Part shown: positions 11,820 through 24,556 of the stretch, piece by piece | How positions within the stretch are numbered: position 1 is the stretch's first letter | Layout: every line of letters begins with the position of its first letter | The notes under the pieces: generated by a model | What the model saw: the letters and a program-made list of their open reading frames with translations, nothing else | What the model was told of the DNA's origin: nothing | Databases searched by the model: none | NCBI RefSeq assembly: GCF_001194135.2 | Contig: NC_068982.1 | Location: forward strand, 84,597,446-84,654,247 | Source: Octopus bimaculoides | Taxonomy: Eukaryota | Length of the DNA: 56,802 nucleotides | Reading direction: 5' to 3' | Translations under genes and position numbers: made by a program

Positions 11820-14487
11820 CCCATATACATATACATACATACACTTTACCCGTATACTTATCCATATATACATACATACACATACATACACACATATACA
11901 TATATATATATATATATATATANNNNNNNNNNNNNNNNNNNNNNNNNNNNNNNNNNNNNNNNNNNNNNNNNNNNNNNNNNNNNNNNNNNNNNNNNNNNNN
12001 NNNNNNNNNNNNNNNNNNNNNNNNNNNNNNNNNNNNNNNNNNNNNNNNNNNNNNNNNNNNNNNNNNNNNNNNNNNNNNNNNNNNNNNNNNNNNNNNNNNN
12101 NNNNNNNNNNNNNNNNNNNNNNNNNNNNNNNNNNNNNNNNNNNNNNNNNNNNNNNNNNNNNNNNNNNNNNNNNNNNNNNNNNNNNNNNNNNNNNNNNNNN
12201 NNNNNNNNNNNNNNNNNNNNNNNNNNNNNNNNNNNNNNNNNNNNNNNNNNNNNNNNNNNNNNNNNNNNNNNNNNNNNNNNNNNNNNNNNNNNNNNNNNNN
12301 NNNNNNNNNNNNNNNNNNNNNNNNNNNNNNNNNNNNNNNNNNNNNNNNNNNNNNNNNNNNNNNNNNNNNNNNNNNNNNNNNNNNNNNNNNNNNNNNNNNN
12401 NNNNNNNNNNNNNNNNNNNNNNNNNNNNNNNNNNNNNNNNNNNNNNNNNNNNNNNNNNNNNTTACATTATATCCATTATTCTCTTATTACACTCACTACA
12501 TTTTTCCACTTTTTATCTCACCCCTTCCTACACGCACACATACCCACACACAAAAAATACACGCACCCATACACACACATGTAAGCACACCTACCCCCCA
12601 ACACACCACACACACAAGACACATATGCATGCACTCACACGCTCAGACTCGCCCACACACTTATACAAACACACATACACACGCACACTTGCGCATACAC
12701 ACACACACTAACATTCACGCAAACATACACACACACACTAACATTCACGCAAACATACACACACACACACACCCAAGCATACACACCCTTGCACACGTAA
12801 CCCACATATACCCCCATTCACAAATACCTCCCACACACCTGACAACCCANNNNNNNNNNCACATACCTCACACACCTACACACACACCTCCCACACACCT
12901 TACATATATACCGCCCACATACATGACAAACATACATGCGCGCCCCCACACACACATATAGACGAACGCACATATATACACACACACACCCATATATACG
13001 CGCACACCTACATACACAGCCGCATACACATGCACACACATACACACAGGAGTGCGCACACAAAATAACACACCCACCTGGCACACATCCTTATGCTCTC
13101 ACACACATACGCACACACATAGACACACACATACACACCTCTCACATACACAAAACCACACACACACACACACATACACAACACACATACACATATACAC
13201 ACATGCACACACGCACGCACACCTCTCACATACACAATACTCACTCACATACATAACACACATGCACGCACGAAAACATACACAATATACACATACACGC
13301 ACGCACAAAAAATATACACACACGCGCACACACACGCACATGCAAACACACATACAGACACACATAAACACACATAAACACACACTCACCCGTACCTAAC
13401 ACTCACAATCCCACACACACACGCACATCCACACACATGCACACACACGCACACACCCACATACACACACACACGCACACACCCACATACACACACACAC
13501 GCACACACACTTCTCNNNNNNNNNNNNNNNNNNNNNNNNNNNNNNNNNNNNNNNNNNNNNNNNNNNNNNNNNNNNNNNNNNNNNNNNNNNNNNNNNNNNN
13601 NNNNNNNNNNNNNNNNNNNNNNNNNNNNNNNNNNNNNNNNNNNNNNNNNNNNNNNNNNNNNNNNNNNNNNNNNNNNNNNNNNNNNNNNNNNNNNNNNNNN
13701 NNNNNNNNNNNNNNNNNNNNNNNNNNNNNNNNNNNNNNNNNNNNNNNNNNNNNNNNNNNNNNNNNNNNNNNNNNNNNNNNNNNNNNNNNNNNNNNNNNNN
13801 NNNNNNNNNNNNNNNNNNNNNNNNNNNNNNNNNNNNNNNNNNNNNNNNNNNNNNNNNNNNNNNNNNNNNNNNNNNNNNNNNNNNNNNNNNNNNNNNNNNN
13901 NNNNNNNNNNNNNNNNNNNNNNNNNNNNNNNNNNNNNNNNNNNNNNNNNNNNNNNNNNNNNNNNNNNNNNNNNNNNNNNNNNNNNNNNNNNNNNNNNNNN
14001 NNNNNNNNNNNNNNNNNNNNNNNNNNNNNNNNNNNNNNNNNNNNNNNNNNNNNNNNNNNNNNNNNNNNNNNNNNNNNNNNNNNNNNNNNNNNNNNNNNNN
14101 NNNNNNNNNNNNNNNNNNNNNNNNNNNNNNNNNNNNNNNNNNNNNNNNNNNNNNNNNNNNNNNNNNNNNNNNNNNNNNNNNNNNNNNNNNNNNNNNNNNN
14201 NNNNNNNNNNNNNNNNNNNNNNNNNNNNNNNNNNNNNNNNNNNNNNNNNNNNNNNNNNNNNNNNNNNNNNNNNNNNNNNNNNNNNNNNNNNNNNNNNNNN
14301 NNNNNNNNNNNNNNNNNNNNNNNNNNNNNNNNNNNNNNNNNNNNNNNNNNNNNNNNNNNNNNNNNNNNNNNNNNNNNNNNNNNNNNNNNNNNNNNNNNNN
14401 NNNNNNNNNNNNNNNNNNNNNNNNNNNNNNNNNNNNNNNNNNNNNNNNNNNNNNNNNNNNNNNNNNNNNNNNNNNNNNNNNNNNNNN

Positions 14488-14528
<41 letters not shown>

Positions 14529-14640
14529 CACATTCACATGCATATACACCACACACATAAACATATAGACATATTACACATATAAATATATGTATACATA
14601 TACATATGCATGCAGGCACACATACACGCATACACACACA
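11820..14640. repeat. Compound (TA)n/(CA)n/(TACA)n low-complexity tract with three assembly gaps
   Basis: Degenerate CA-rich tract 12530-13515 including a 30-bp tandem duplication near 12700-12760. Gaps at 11923-12461, 12850-12859 and 13516-14487. Confidence 0.95.
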
Positions 14641-14899
14641 TAGTGTGTAGTTTTTTGAAGTTAATGGTTTTGACAGTGGGTACATGCTTTTGCATGCCAT
14701 GTGTATATGGGTTTTGTTGTATGGGTGTGTGTGTATCTATGCCTATATGTATTAAGTTTATGTCTGCAGGTGTAGGTGTAGGTTTTGTTGTTTGCTTTAT
14801 CTCAATTAGAGTTCAAACCATTTTTTGAAAATGAAAATTTGTTTTGGACATGATTTTGTTCACCTCATATACTCAATAATACTAACCTCCATGCCCAGT

Positions 14900-15095
14900 A
14901 GAGGTGACTTTGTCTTGTAAGTTACTTGGTGACCCCACCTGGTACTGCTGCTACAAAAAAGCATCCAGTACACTCTGTAAAGTGGTTGGTATTAAGAATA
15001 GCAACTAGCCATAAAACCATGCAAAAGTGACAATAGAGCTTGGTACAGCCCTCTACCCGGCTAGCTCTTGTCAAAATGTCCAATCTATTTCAGCA
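14900..15095 (+). mobile_element. Old RTE-type 3' UTR fragment
   Basis: cttgtaagttacttggtgacc...aaaaaagcatccagtacactctgtaaagtggttggtattaagaa, a diverged form of the RTE terminal motif also seen at 17300-17430 and 51030-51100. Confidence 0.6.
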
Positions 15096-15599
15096 GGAAA
15101 AATGTTAGTATTCCCACTGCTGTTGCCACCAAAGTTGATTTGTGTTTTGTGGTATTTTCTGTTGAGCAGATATCAGAGCAGTTTATATGATGGTTCCCAG
15201 TCTATAACTTCCCTTTTTATATGTTTACACTGTGTTGTTTTCTTTTTAGTCCTGTAGGTATTTGGACAAGGATGGTGTGTTCCCTTTCTATATGATCTAG
15301 AAAATGTATGTTGTGTATCTTTTTTTAAAGGTTCCATTAGTATTGCTGATGTAGTTCTTTTCTGTTAGTATTCCTATGAAACTTTTGTTTATAGACTATG
15401 CTAGTTGGTAAGCAATTTCCATGTAATGGGCATGTCCTACTTTTGTGCTGTTGTATCTTTGTTCAGTTGTGTGTTGTTTGTTTCTAGATGTATTACTGTT
15501 TAGTGATTAAATGGTGCATTTTAGAGCTTTTTGTACCTGTATATTAGCCACACACAAAGACTATTTTCTTTGTTAATCTTCCCATAATACTGCTTGCAC

Positions 15600-16210
15600 A
15601 AGGTACAATGTATGGAATTTCTATCAACTCCCTCAAATATTTAGGGGAATCATTAAAAGTAGTAGATAGCTTCTGTTACTTAGGCAACCAAGTTAGCAGT
15701 AGAAGAGTAACTTTTGAAAGTTGGTGTTGCAGATCAATAGGTTATTTGCATCACAAAACTCCAGTAGCCTTGTCCTCTATGTTTCATGGCCCCCAATAGA
15801 AGATACTGAGTTGCTGCCCAACATGCCCATTGAAATCCCCAGCCATAGAGATGTAATTATAATCGTTCATCTGCAGAAGAATATCATAAAAGCGGTCCTT
15901 TTGTTCATTTGGTAGATCCACTTGAGGAGGTGGGGCGTAGGCAGAGATAATTGTCACTGTACTATTCTGCAAAACTAGTCTGAACTTAAGTACTCTATCT
16001 GACTACCTCTATGATCTTATCCACCCATTTCTCTGCAAGAAGTATGCCCACACCACCTAACCTGTCGCTGTTACTTTCCCAGAAGATTTTATACTTATGT
16101 CTTGCCTGTGAGGAATCTGGAATGCAGCTCCTCTCCACCTCACCTCTTGAATGCAACATGCATCAATATGCCTCTGTTCAAGCATCTCAACAATCTCACG
16201 AGACCTAATA
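15600..16210 (-). mobile_element. RTE APE-endonuclease fragment, plus a short plus-strand RT C-terminal piece at ~15600-15720
   Basis: GGVGILLAEKWVDKIIEVVRV; VTIISAYAPP; MAGDFNGHVG; plus-strand LKVVDSFCYLG. Confidence 0.85.
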
Positions 16211-16799
16211 TAAATATATATATACACACCACCAATTTATATTTATCTACACGTACATATTGTATATATGTATATTCCCTTAATTTTGTTGTAGAGCATT
16301 AAATAAAGCTATAGTACATATACACAGATATGTATCCCTTATGTTCTTCCTTCTTTTCTCTCCCTTCTTCTTTGGTCTTATCCTCTCCTATTTTCTCACA
16401 TAGCCACAATCACCCCCTTATAGTAAGTTTATTTTTAATTTATTCTTTTATTTATTTAGTCTGTGATACTCATTTGCTCTTATTTTAGTTTTAATTTTTA
16501 ATTCTTATTTCCATTTAAATTCAGTTTTAACCACTTGCAACATCTTATTATTGATAAGGTCTTTCTCATTCTGTGTATTTTAATATCAGTTCCTACAAAT
16601 TTACACAATCCAATTTTTAATTTTCAACATTGCTTTGTTACCTCTCTTGTCTTTCTCCTGCTGACTGTTTCCTTGATATCCTCCCGCTTCCCGATATATC
16701 TGTGTTCCCCACTCACTGCATTCCTCTTCTCTTTCCCTCTCTCCTTATGTTATCTTAGGAACTCCCTGCTCACTCACCCAGTCCAGTTCCCCTTCAGTC

Positions 16800-17115
16800 A
16801 TGAATGACCATGGGATTGCACCTAGAAAGTTCCTCTCCAAGGCAAAAGTTCAGGCAAGGTTGTTTGTGGAAAACTAGCAGTCGTCCATACATACCAGCAT
16901 CTTCTCTCCACACCACTGATGTTATCTCAGGCAAAGGCTGATACAGCTTGGCAACAGTGACATTGCAACTCATTTCTATAGCTGAATGAACTAGATCAAT
17001 GTGAAATAAAGTGTCTTGCTCAAGAACATAACACAACAGCCTGGGCCAGGAATCAAATTCACAACCTCACGATTGTAAGTCTGATGCTCTAACCACTGAG
17101 TCTTGCACATTCACT
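16800..17115 (-). mobile_element. tRNA-derived SINE
   Basis: The minus-strand head has A/B-box-like motifs (ctcagtggttagagc...gtgaatttgattcc) followed by a non-tRNA body (gttcttgagcaagacactttatttcac). Confidence 0.7.
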
Positions 17116-17459
17116 CAGTCCTCTATACCACTCCACTTATATTCACCGCTCCATTGCTTGAGAGTACATCTCTGGCACATCACCACCATTTTCTCTCTCC
17201 CGCTTAACTGGGTTATCTTCTCTTTAGGAAGACACCTATTTCTCTAATCTTTCATCACCTGGCAAAAAGCCACCTTCCTCAATACCAATCCACTTCTCAG
17301 CAGAAGGATCTTTGTCTTGTAAGTTACTTGGTGTTGGCACCACATAAAAAAGCACTCAATATATTCTGGGAAATGGTTGGTGTTAGGAAAGACATCCAGC
17401 CTTAGAAATCATACCAAAGCTGACAACAAAACTTAGTTCATATATATAATCAAGTTGTT

Positions 17460-17815
17460 CATTGCAACTGCTGAATGAGTGCTATTATATGGCAGTGAAA
17501 CATGGACACTAACAAAGAAATTATCAAATGAGCTAGATGGATGCTACACAAGGATGCTACGAATGGCCCTAAATGTAAAATGGCAGCAACACATGACAAA
17601 CGAATGTCATTATGGAGACCTGCTGAAAGTTATAGAGAAGATCAATCAAAGATGGTTGCGACTATATGGTCACTGTATGTGCCACTCTGAACTGGAAACA
17701 TCCAAATTAGTCTTGTGGAACCCACTTCATGGTAATGTAAGAAGAGGAAAATGTTATCACACTTACATTGACAGCTTCATTGTCCAGGACCTTGAGGCAG
17801 TCATGTTGAACTGAG
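17460..17815 (+). mobile_element. RTE LINE ORF2 C-terminal fragment
   Basis: LLYGSETWTLTKKLSNELDGCYTRMLRMALNVKW...RLRLYGHC-like...GNVRRG (track ORF 17479..17814). Confidence 0.88.
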
Positions 17816-17939
17816 AACTATGGTATGTGGACTTTGTTGTGGCAGCCCAGCCATAATAATAAACAATATATACATTGAGAGAGAGAGAGAGAGATCATTC
17901 AAATGATCTCACATTCTAACAGAATGTGTAGAAACAACT

Positions 17940-19080
17940 CAAAATTCTATGTTTAATGCTTCTTTTCATTTCAAATCTAGAAATGCCATATCCTGGAAAA
18001 GAAAAGATGAACAAGTCTCTGCAGCATGCATTGGTGAAAGAAATTGTTAAAATGCATGGACTTCAAGGAAGATTTTGATATGGTGCAAAAAGTTCCGAGA
18101 GGAAGGCTGTCTGCAGGACGAAAGGATCTGGACAGCTACCAGTATTGGAAGAGATAATCGAGAGGGTTTGGGAAATATTTTTGCAAAGCCCCAGGAAGTC
18201 CATATCTGGAAACTCAGATTCCTCCAACAACAGTTTGGCATGTCTCATGGAAATGCTTGCAACTGACACCCTACAAGCTGCAGCTCATTCAGGCCTTAGA
18301 GACAGATGACAAGCAAAAACGCAAGCAATTTTGAGTCAGTATGCAAGAGGAACTTGAAAACCTTGTTTATAGTGATGAGGCCACATTTCATACAAATGGT
18401 AAAGTCAACAAGCATGACGTTTACATTTGGGTCAAAGAAAGTCCTCATGTTACAGTTGGGCACGAGGAACTCACCAAAAGCGAATGTGTTCTGTGCCATC
18501 TCCAAAAATCATCTTCATGGTGCATTTTAATTTGAGGGAAATGTGACCAGTGATGTTTATCTGCAAATACTTCAGAATTGGCTAACTGATAAGCTCATTG
18601 CAAGTGAACATGAACACTTTATTTTTCAACAGTGAAGGCTCCACCTCACTGGGAGTTCACTGTGCAAGCTTATCTCAATGAGAACCTGTGCTGTTGAAAT
18701 ATGTATATGTTTGTGTGTCTGTTTTTCATTGCAACTGCTGAATGATGGCTATTATTTTGTTGTGTTTGTCTCTCCTTGTCTTAACATTGCATTGTTGTTG
18801 TAAATGAAAGTCATTGATTTCCAATATTCTTTGAAAACATGTCTGGTTATGGAAAATATTTATTTTGTTGTGTTTCACCTGACCTGACACCTTGCAATAT
18901 TTTTTCTCTGGGGCTATGTGAAGAGACTGGTCTATGTCCCACTTCATACAAGATTAGAGGAACTCAAATACTGCCGCACTGGAAACTGTTACCCAAGACA
19001 TGCTGCAGCATGTTAGGCAGGAGCTGCATTACCTTTGAATTTCTCATTCACATTTTTTGGAACACCCTGACAAACTTGTT
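17940..19080 (+). mobile_element. Tc1/mariner (maT/DD37D-like) transposase pseudogene with an insert at ~18690-18850
   Basis: PYKLQLIQAL; LVYSDEATFHTNGKVNKH; SPKANVFCAIS; YLQILQNW; FIFQQ; SPDLTPCNIF. Confidence 0.88.
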
Positions 19081-19192
19081 TTCAGCTTAATAAATGGTGG
19101 AATAAATTATTATTTCGACCAGGAAACCCTGGTAGTTGTATTTATAAGATCTGTGGTCTTTCATTTAAAAACTATATATATATATATACATA

Positions 19193-19610
19193 GGCGTAGG
19201 AGTGGCTGTGTGGTAAGTAGCTTGCTTACCAACCACATGGTTCTGGGTTTAGTCCTACTGCGTGGCACCTTGGGCAGGTGTCTTCTACTATAGCCATGGG
19301 CCGACCAAAGCCTTGTAAGTGGATTATTTGGTAGATGGAAACTGAAAGAAGCCCGTTGTATATATATGTGTGTGTGTATGTTTGTGTGTCTGTGCTTGTT
19401 CCCCCCCCCCCCACACACACACAATCGCTTGACAACCAATGCTGGTGTGTTAACGTCCCCGTAACTTAGTGTTTCGGCAAAAAAGACCGATAGAATAAGT
19501 ACTAGGCCCACAAAGAATAAGTCCTGGGGTCAACTTGTTTGACTAAGGTGGTGCTCCAGCATGGCTGCAGTCAAATGACTGAAACAAATAAAAGAATAAA
19601 AGAATATATA
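19193..19610 (+). mobile_element. SINE family B (tRNA-derived head, internal microsatellite, AT-rich tail)
   Basis: aggagtggctgtgtggtaagtagcttgc...ggttc.gggtt.agtcc head. Homologous copies at 27274-27670 and 43905-44365. Confidence 0.88.
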
Positions 19611-20293
19611 TATATATTGTTGTGTCTGAGGAGAATCATTTTGTTTTAATGTCTTATTAGTTAACACACTCACCAGTTCAATTTCCACTCATCTATTATT
19701 TTTTCCTAAAAGTTTTGATATTTCTTGCAACCTCTTCAACTATTGAAGTGGTTGCATGAAGCAACAAAAATTTTAAGGAAAAAAATAATAGATGATTAGA
19801 AATTGAACTGGTGAGTGTGTTAATTAATAAAGCATTAAAACAGACACAACAAAATAAAACTCTCCCCAGACACAACAAAATATGCTTCAACACACCAATT
19901 CACATAAAGAGTCTTGCAAACAAAATACAAAAACAATATATATACATATATATACACACACACACACACACATACATATATATATGGTAAATAAAAGATT
20001 TTCCGAAGATACGAGAATTTTTATTAATCACTACAATTGTTTTGACACATCTGGCATCGGTCCCTTATGGGTGAGATACTTAACAACTGGTTCAGGAGGA
20101 TCTGATGATGCAAATGTATCTCTTCTGGTGATAAATAAATATAACTCATTAAAATAATAGTTCCATAATGTATCTTCTCATTTTGTATAAAGAAAAGCAG
20201 TAAATTAAAGGATATGTATATATATTGATAGAAAAGGTAATACAACAAAAGAAAGAAAGAGACCTCGATATTATGTAAATAGAGGAATTTATC

Positions 20294-20422
20294 TGTAAAT
20301 AATATGTGGCAATTATTTGGTAGCCGTGATAAAACTCTGAGTTTCGGTGTGGGTTTCCGCCCCAGCATCCGAAACTCAGAGTTTTATCATGGCTACCGAA
20401 TAATTGTCACATATTATTTACA
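20294..20422. repeat. Hairpin centre of a fold-back element
   Basis: 54-bp inverted arms 20294-20347 / 20369-20422 (3 mismatches) with a 21-nt loop. The right arm runs into gap 20423-20574. Confidence 0.9.
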
Positions 20423-21562
20423 NNNNNNNNNNNNNNNNNNNNNNNNNNNNNNNNNNNNNNNNNNNNNNNNNNNNNNNNNNNNNNNNNNNNNNNNNNNNNN
20501 NNNNNNNNNNNNNNNNNNNNNNNNNNNNNNNNNNNNNNNNNNNNNNNNNNNNNNNNNNNNNNNNNNNNNNNNNNTATATATATCATGATCATTGTTTTAG
20601 TGCCTACTTTTCTATGTTTGCATGGGTTGAAAGGAGTTTATTGAGGTAGATTTTCTTTGGCTGAATGCCCTTCCTCTTGCCAACTCTTGCCTGTTTCCAA
20701 GCAAGATAATATTTTTCCATAACTAGACATGTTTTCAAAGAATATTGGAAATCAATGACTTTCATTTACAACAACCATGCAATGCTAAGACAAGGAGAGA
20801 CAAACATACACACAGAACAGGCTTGTGTGTGTGTGTGTGTGTGTGTGAGTGTAAATGACTGACATAAGAACAGGAGTTAAATAATCACTTTCATTACCTT
20901 ACAACAGTTTCTGTTATAAGGAACCATGCACCTAGATGTGTGTGCTAGTATACCATTTTGTATCTTCTCTGGAGCCATTTGAATGAAGTGTTTCTTTATT
21001 GATGAAAGTATTTATACAGCAGTAACCAAGCAGAAACATAATGGCGACATATACTGATGGAAAAGTGTGCTGATGAAATGTTCTACAGTTTGTTGAATGC
21101 TCTTCAGAGAGGTAAACCAATTTCCTTACCTGATTGATAAAAGAGATATCTAGCTGATATATCTAGCAATGAGTAATTAAGCTATAATTGCATTTAGCTT
21201 AATTTGCATATTTGCACTTTAGACAACTTATCATTAATTAAACAATAAAACAATTTTATGCTATGCATGATCTGGAGTGAATCTGAAAGATTGAGTTTTC
21301 TAATATTTCAAACTTCTTTCAACTATAAACAACAACAACAATAAAATAATGAGAATACTTTTTTTAATCAGATCTCTTGTTTTCATAGTGTAGTTATAAC
21401 TTATAGATGAATGAGATATATAAAATACAGAAGATATAAAAATACTATACAAAATATTTAATCTTAAAAAATAACTGTTTTTGTTACTTAAAGAAAATGG
21501 GAGATAATAGCAAGCAACATTCAAAATTGAGATTGTGGAAGAGGATATTTACCACAGCCTCT

Positions 21563-21621
<59 letters not shown>

Positions 21622-21633
21622 CACACACACATA

Positions 21634-22172
21634 CAGGGTGTCCCAAAAGTCACTGATGGGTTTCAATTTTTAATAACTTCCTTAACTTTACAAATAAAAG
21701 CATGAAATTTGATACAATATAAAGGACATAAACAAAATTAATATGCACAAGTCAAATTTTGCAATACCGCTACACTACATATGAAAAATGACATTGATTA
21801 AATAGCATTTTCGGCTTTGCTCGCCCATGCTCTTTCCAAAACTTGCACCATAATACCCTCAAGAGTTTCAGACCCCACTTCTCTGATTCCTCTATTGATG
21901 TTCTCCTTCAGTTGCACCAGGGTCTCCAGTTTGTTGACGTAAACCCTCTCTTTCAGGTATCCCCACAAGACTTAACGAGCCTGGATTTTTTCTTGTGGGG
22001 ATACCTGAAAGAGAGGGCTTACCTCAACAAACCTGAGACCCTTGTGCAAATGAAGGAGAACATCAATAGAGAAATCAAAGAAGAGGAGTCTGAAACTCTT
22101 GAGGGTGTTATGGTGCAAATTTTGGAAAGAGCACGGATGTGTGAAGTGGAAAATGGCTTCCATTTAAGCAAT
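21634..22172. mobile_element. Palindromic mariner/maT derivative made of two 3' ends
   Basis: TA|CAGGGTGTCCCAAAAG TIR at 21632. Inverted arms 21793-21970 / 21991-22172. The right arm encodes DLTSLDFFLWGYLKERAY..KPETL..MKENI. It continues into gap 22173-23051. Confidence 0.85.
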
Positions 22173-23494
22173 NNNNNNNNNNNNNNNNNNNNNNNNNNNN
22201 NNNNNNNNNNNNNNNNNNNNNNNNNNNNNNNNNNNNNNNNNNNNNNNNNNNNNNNNNNNNNNNNNNNNNNNNNNNNNNNNNNNNNNNNNNNNNNNNNNNN
22301 NNNNNNNNNNNNNNNNNNNNNNNNNNNNNNNNNNNNNNNNNNNNNNNNNNNNNNNNNNNNNNNNNNNNNNNNNNNNNNNNNNNNNNNNNNNNNNNNNNNN
22401 NNNNNNNNNNNNNNNNNNNNNNNNNNNNNNNNNNNNNNNNNNNNNNNNNNNNNNNNNNNNNNNNNNNNNNNNNNNNNNNNNNNNNNNNNNNNNNNNNNNN
22501 NNNNNNNNNNNNNNNNNNNNNNNNNNNNNNNNNNNNNNNNNNNNNNNNNNNNNNNNNNNNNNNNNNNNNNNNNNNNNNNNNNNNNNNNNNNNNNNNNNNN
22601 NNNNNNNNNNNNNNNNNNNNNNNNNNNNNNNNNNNNNNNNNNNNNNNNNNNNNNNNNNNNNNNNNNNNNNNNNNNNNNNNNNNNNNNNNNNNNNNNNNNN
22701 NNNNNNNNNNNNNNNNNNNNNNNNNNNNNNNNNNNNNNNNNNNNNNNNNNNNNNNNNNNNNNNNNNNNNNNNNNNNNNNNNNNNNNNNNNNNNNNNNNNN
22801 NNNNNNNNNNNNNNNNNNNNNNNNNNNNNNNNNNNNNNNNNNNNNNNNNNNNNNNNNNNNNNNNNNNNNNNNNNNNNNNNNNNNNNNNNNNNNNNNNNNN
22901 NNNNNNNNNNNNNNNNNNNNNNNNNNNNNNNNNNNNNNNNNNNNNNNNNNNNNNNNNNNNNNNNNNNNNNNNNNNNNNNNNNNNNNNNNNNNNNNNNNNN
23001 NNNNNNNNNNNNNNNNNNNNNNNNNNNNNNNNNNNNNNNNNNNNNNNNNNNTATATATATAACGAATAAACACACACACATATACGTGTACTATATATAC
23101 AAACAGATAGATAGACAGATACCATAAATAGACACCCTTCCCATTAAGGAAGCATGGTACTCCTAAAAAGCTTGATGGAACATGTGTATAATGTGTGTTT
23201 GTCTGCATGTAATGAAAAACAGAAAATGAAGAATTATGGATGTAGATTAAAGATTAACATATTTCTTGAAAGGAATTTGTCTGTATCCTTTCAAGAAATA
23301 TGTTAACCATTGTTGTATAAGCTCATAAAGGCCTAATGAGATTCTGCCCCATATAGCTGAAAATGATGACCAATTCTTAGCATACGACCCTACCCAAATG
23401 CTTAGAATTACTATTCACATAGGGCATGAACTGAAACAAATATGTAGGTTTTTGGCAGCTGCCATTTCTTTCAGAGCTTTATAATTTATTTGTA

Positions 23495-24290
23495 TTCATC
23501 ATTATCATCATTATCATCATCGTTTAACGTCCGCCTTCCATGCTAGCATGCGTTGGACGATTTGACTGAGGACTGGCGAACCAGAAGGCTGCACCAGGCT
23601 CCAAGCTGATCTGGCAGAGTTGGATGCCCTTCCTAACGCCAACCACTCTGAGAGTGTAGTGGGTGCTTTTACATGCCACTGGCACGAGGGCCAGTCAGAC
23701 GGTACTGGCAATGGCCATGCTCAAAATGGTGTTTTTTACGTGCCACCTGCACAGGAGCCAGTCCAGCGATACTGGCAACGACCTCGCTTGAATGCTTTTT
23801 CATGTGCCACCGGCTCAAGTGCCAGTAAGGCGATGCTGGTAACAATCACACTCAAATGATGCTATTTACGTGGCACTGGCACGGAAGCCAGACGGTGTAC
23901 TTAGCGCTCTACTGGCACAAGTGCCAGTCATTGAATTTGATTCAATTTTGATTTCACTTGCCCCAACAGGTCTTTGCAAGCTGAGTTTAGTGTCCAATGA
24001 AGGAGAAGTTGGCATGGATGCCAGTTGTCGAATTTGGATTGATTTCATTTGCCTCAACAGGTCTTTGCAAACAGGTATGCATAAGTGGGCTGGCTACACC
24101 CCTGGCAGAGGCCTCAGATTATGGTCTCACTTGGTTTGCTAGGTCTTCTCACGCACTGCATATTTCCAAAGGTCTCAGTCACAAGTCATTGCCTTGGTGA
24201 GGCCTAATGTTTGAAGGTTGTGCTTCACCACCTCATCCCAGGTCTTTCTGGGTCTACCTCTTCCACAGGTTCCCTCAACTGCTAGGGTGT
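23495..24290 (-). mobile_element. 5'-truncated RTE LINE: ORF2 end, long 3' UTR and (GAT)n tail
   Basis: GRGRPRKTWDEVVKH on the minus strand. The UTR is collinear with 50420-51210. (ATC)n at 23495-23521. Confidence 0.9.
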
Positions 24291-24502
24291 GGTTATAAAA
24301 AACTTTCAAACTCATAATATCATACAAATAAATTATTTATACATCCATAATTTTCCATTTTCTTTCTTTCATTATTAACAATATGTATTACTATAATAAT
24401 CCCTNNNNNNNNNNNNNNNNNNNNNNNNNNNNNNNNNNNNNNNNNNNNNNNNNNNNNNNNNNNNNNNNNNNNNNNNNNNNNNNNNNNNNNNNNNNNNNNN
24501 NN

Positions 24503-24556
<54 letters not shown>

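Noticed and set aside
12629-13399. His/Thr-rich and Cys/Val-rich ORFs
   Set aside because: Translations of degenerate (CA)n/(TG)n microsatellite, open in many frames on both strands.
20022-20078. Hammerhead-like topology on the minus strand (tcac..gac..gtc-AAAA-CAATTG-TA-gtga)
   Set aside because: The core reads CCATAAG rather than CUGANGA and G12 is lost, so there are too many catalytic changes to call it a ribozyme.
20932-21165. Minus-strand CAG|GTAAGG donor-like site near 21130 and ORF 20932..21120
   Set aside because: No convincing acceptor or peptide match, and DGKE already terminates at 30824.
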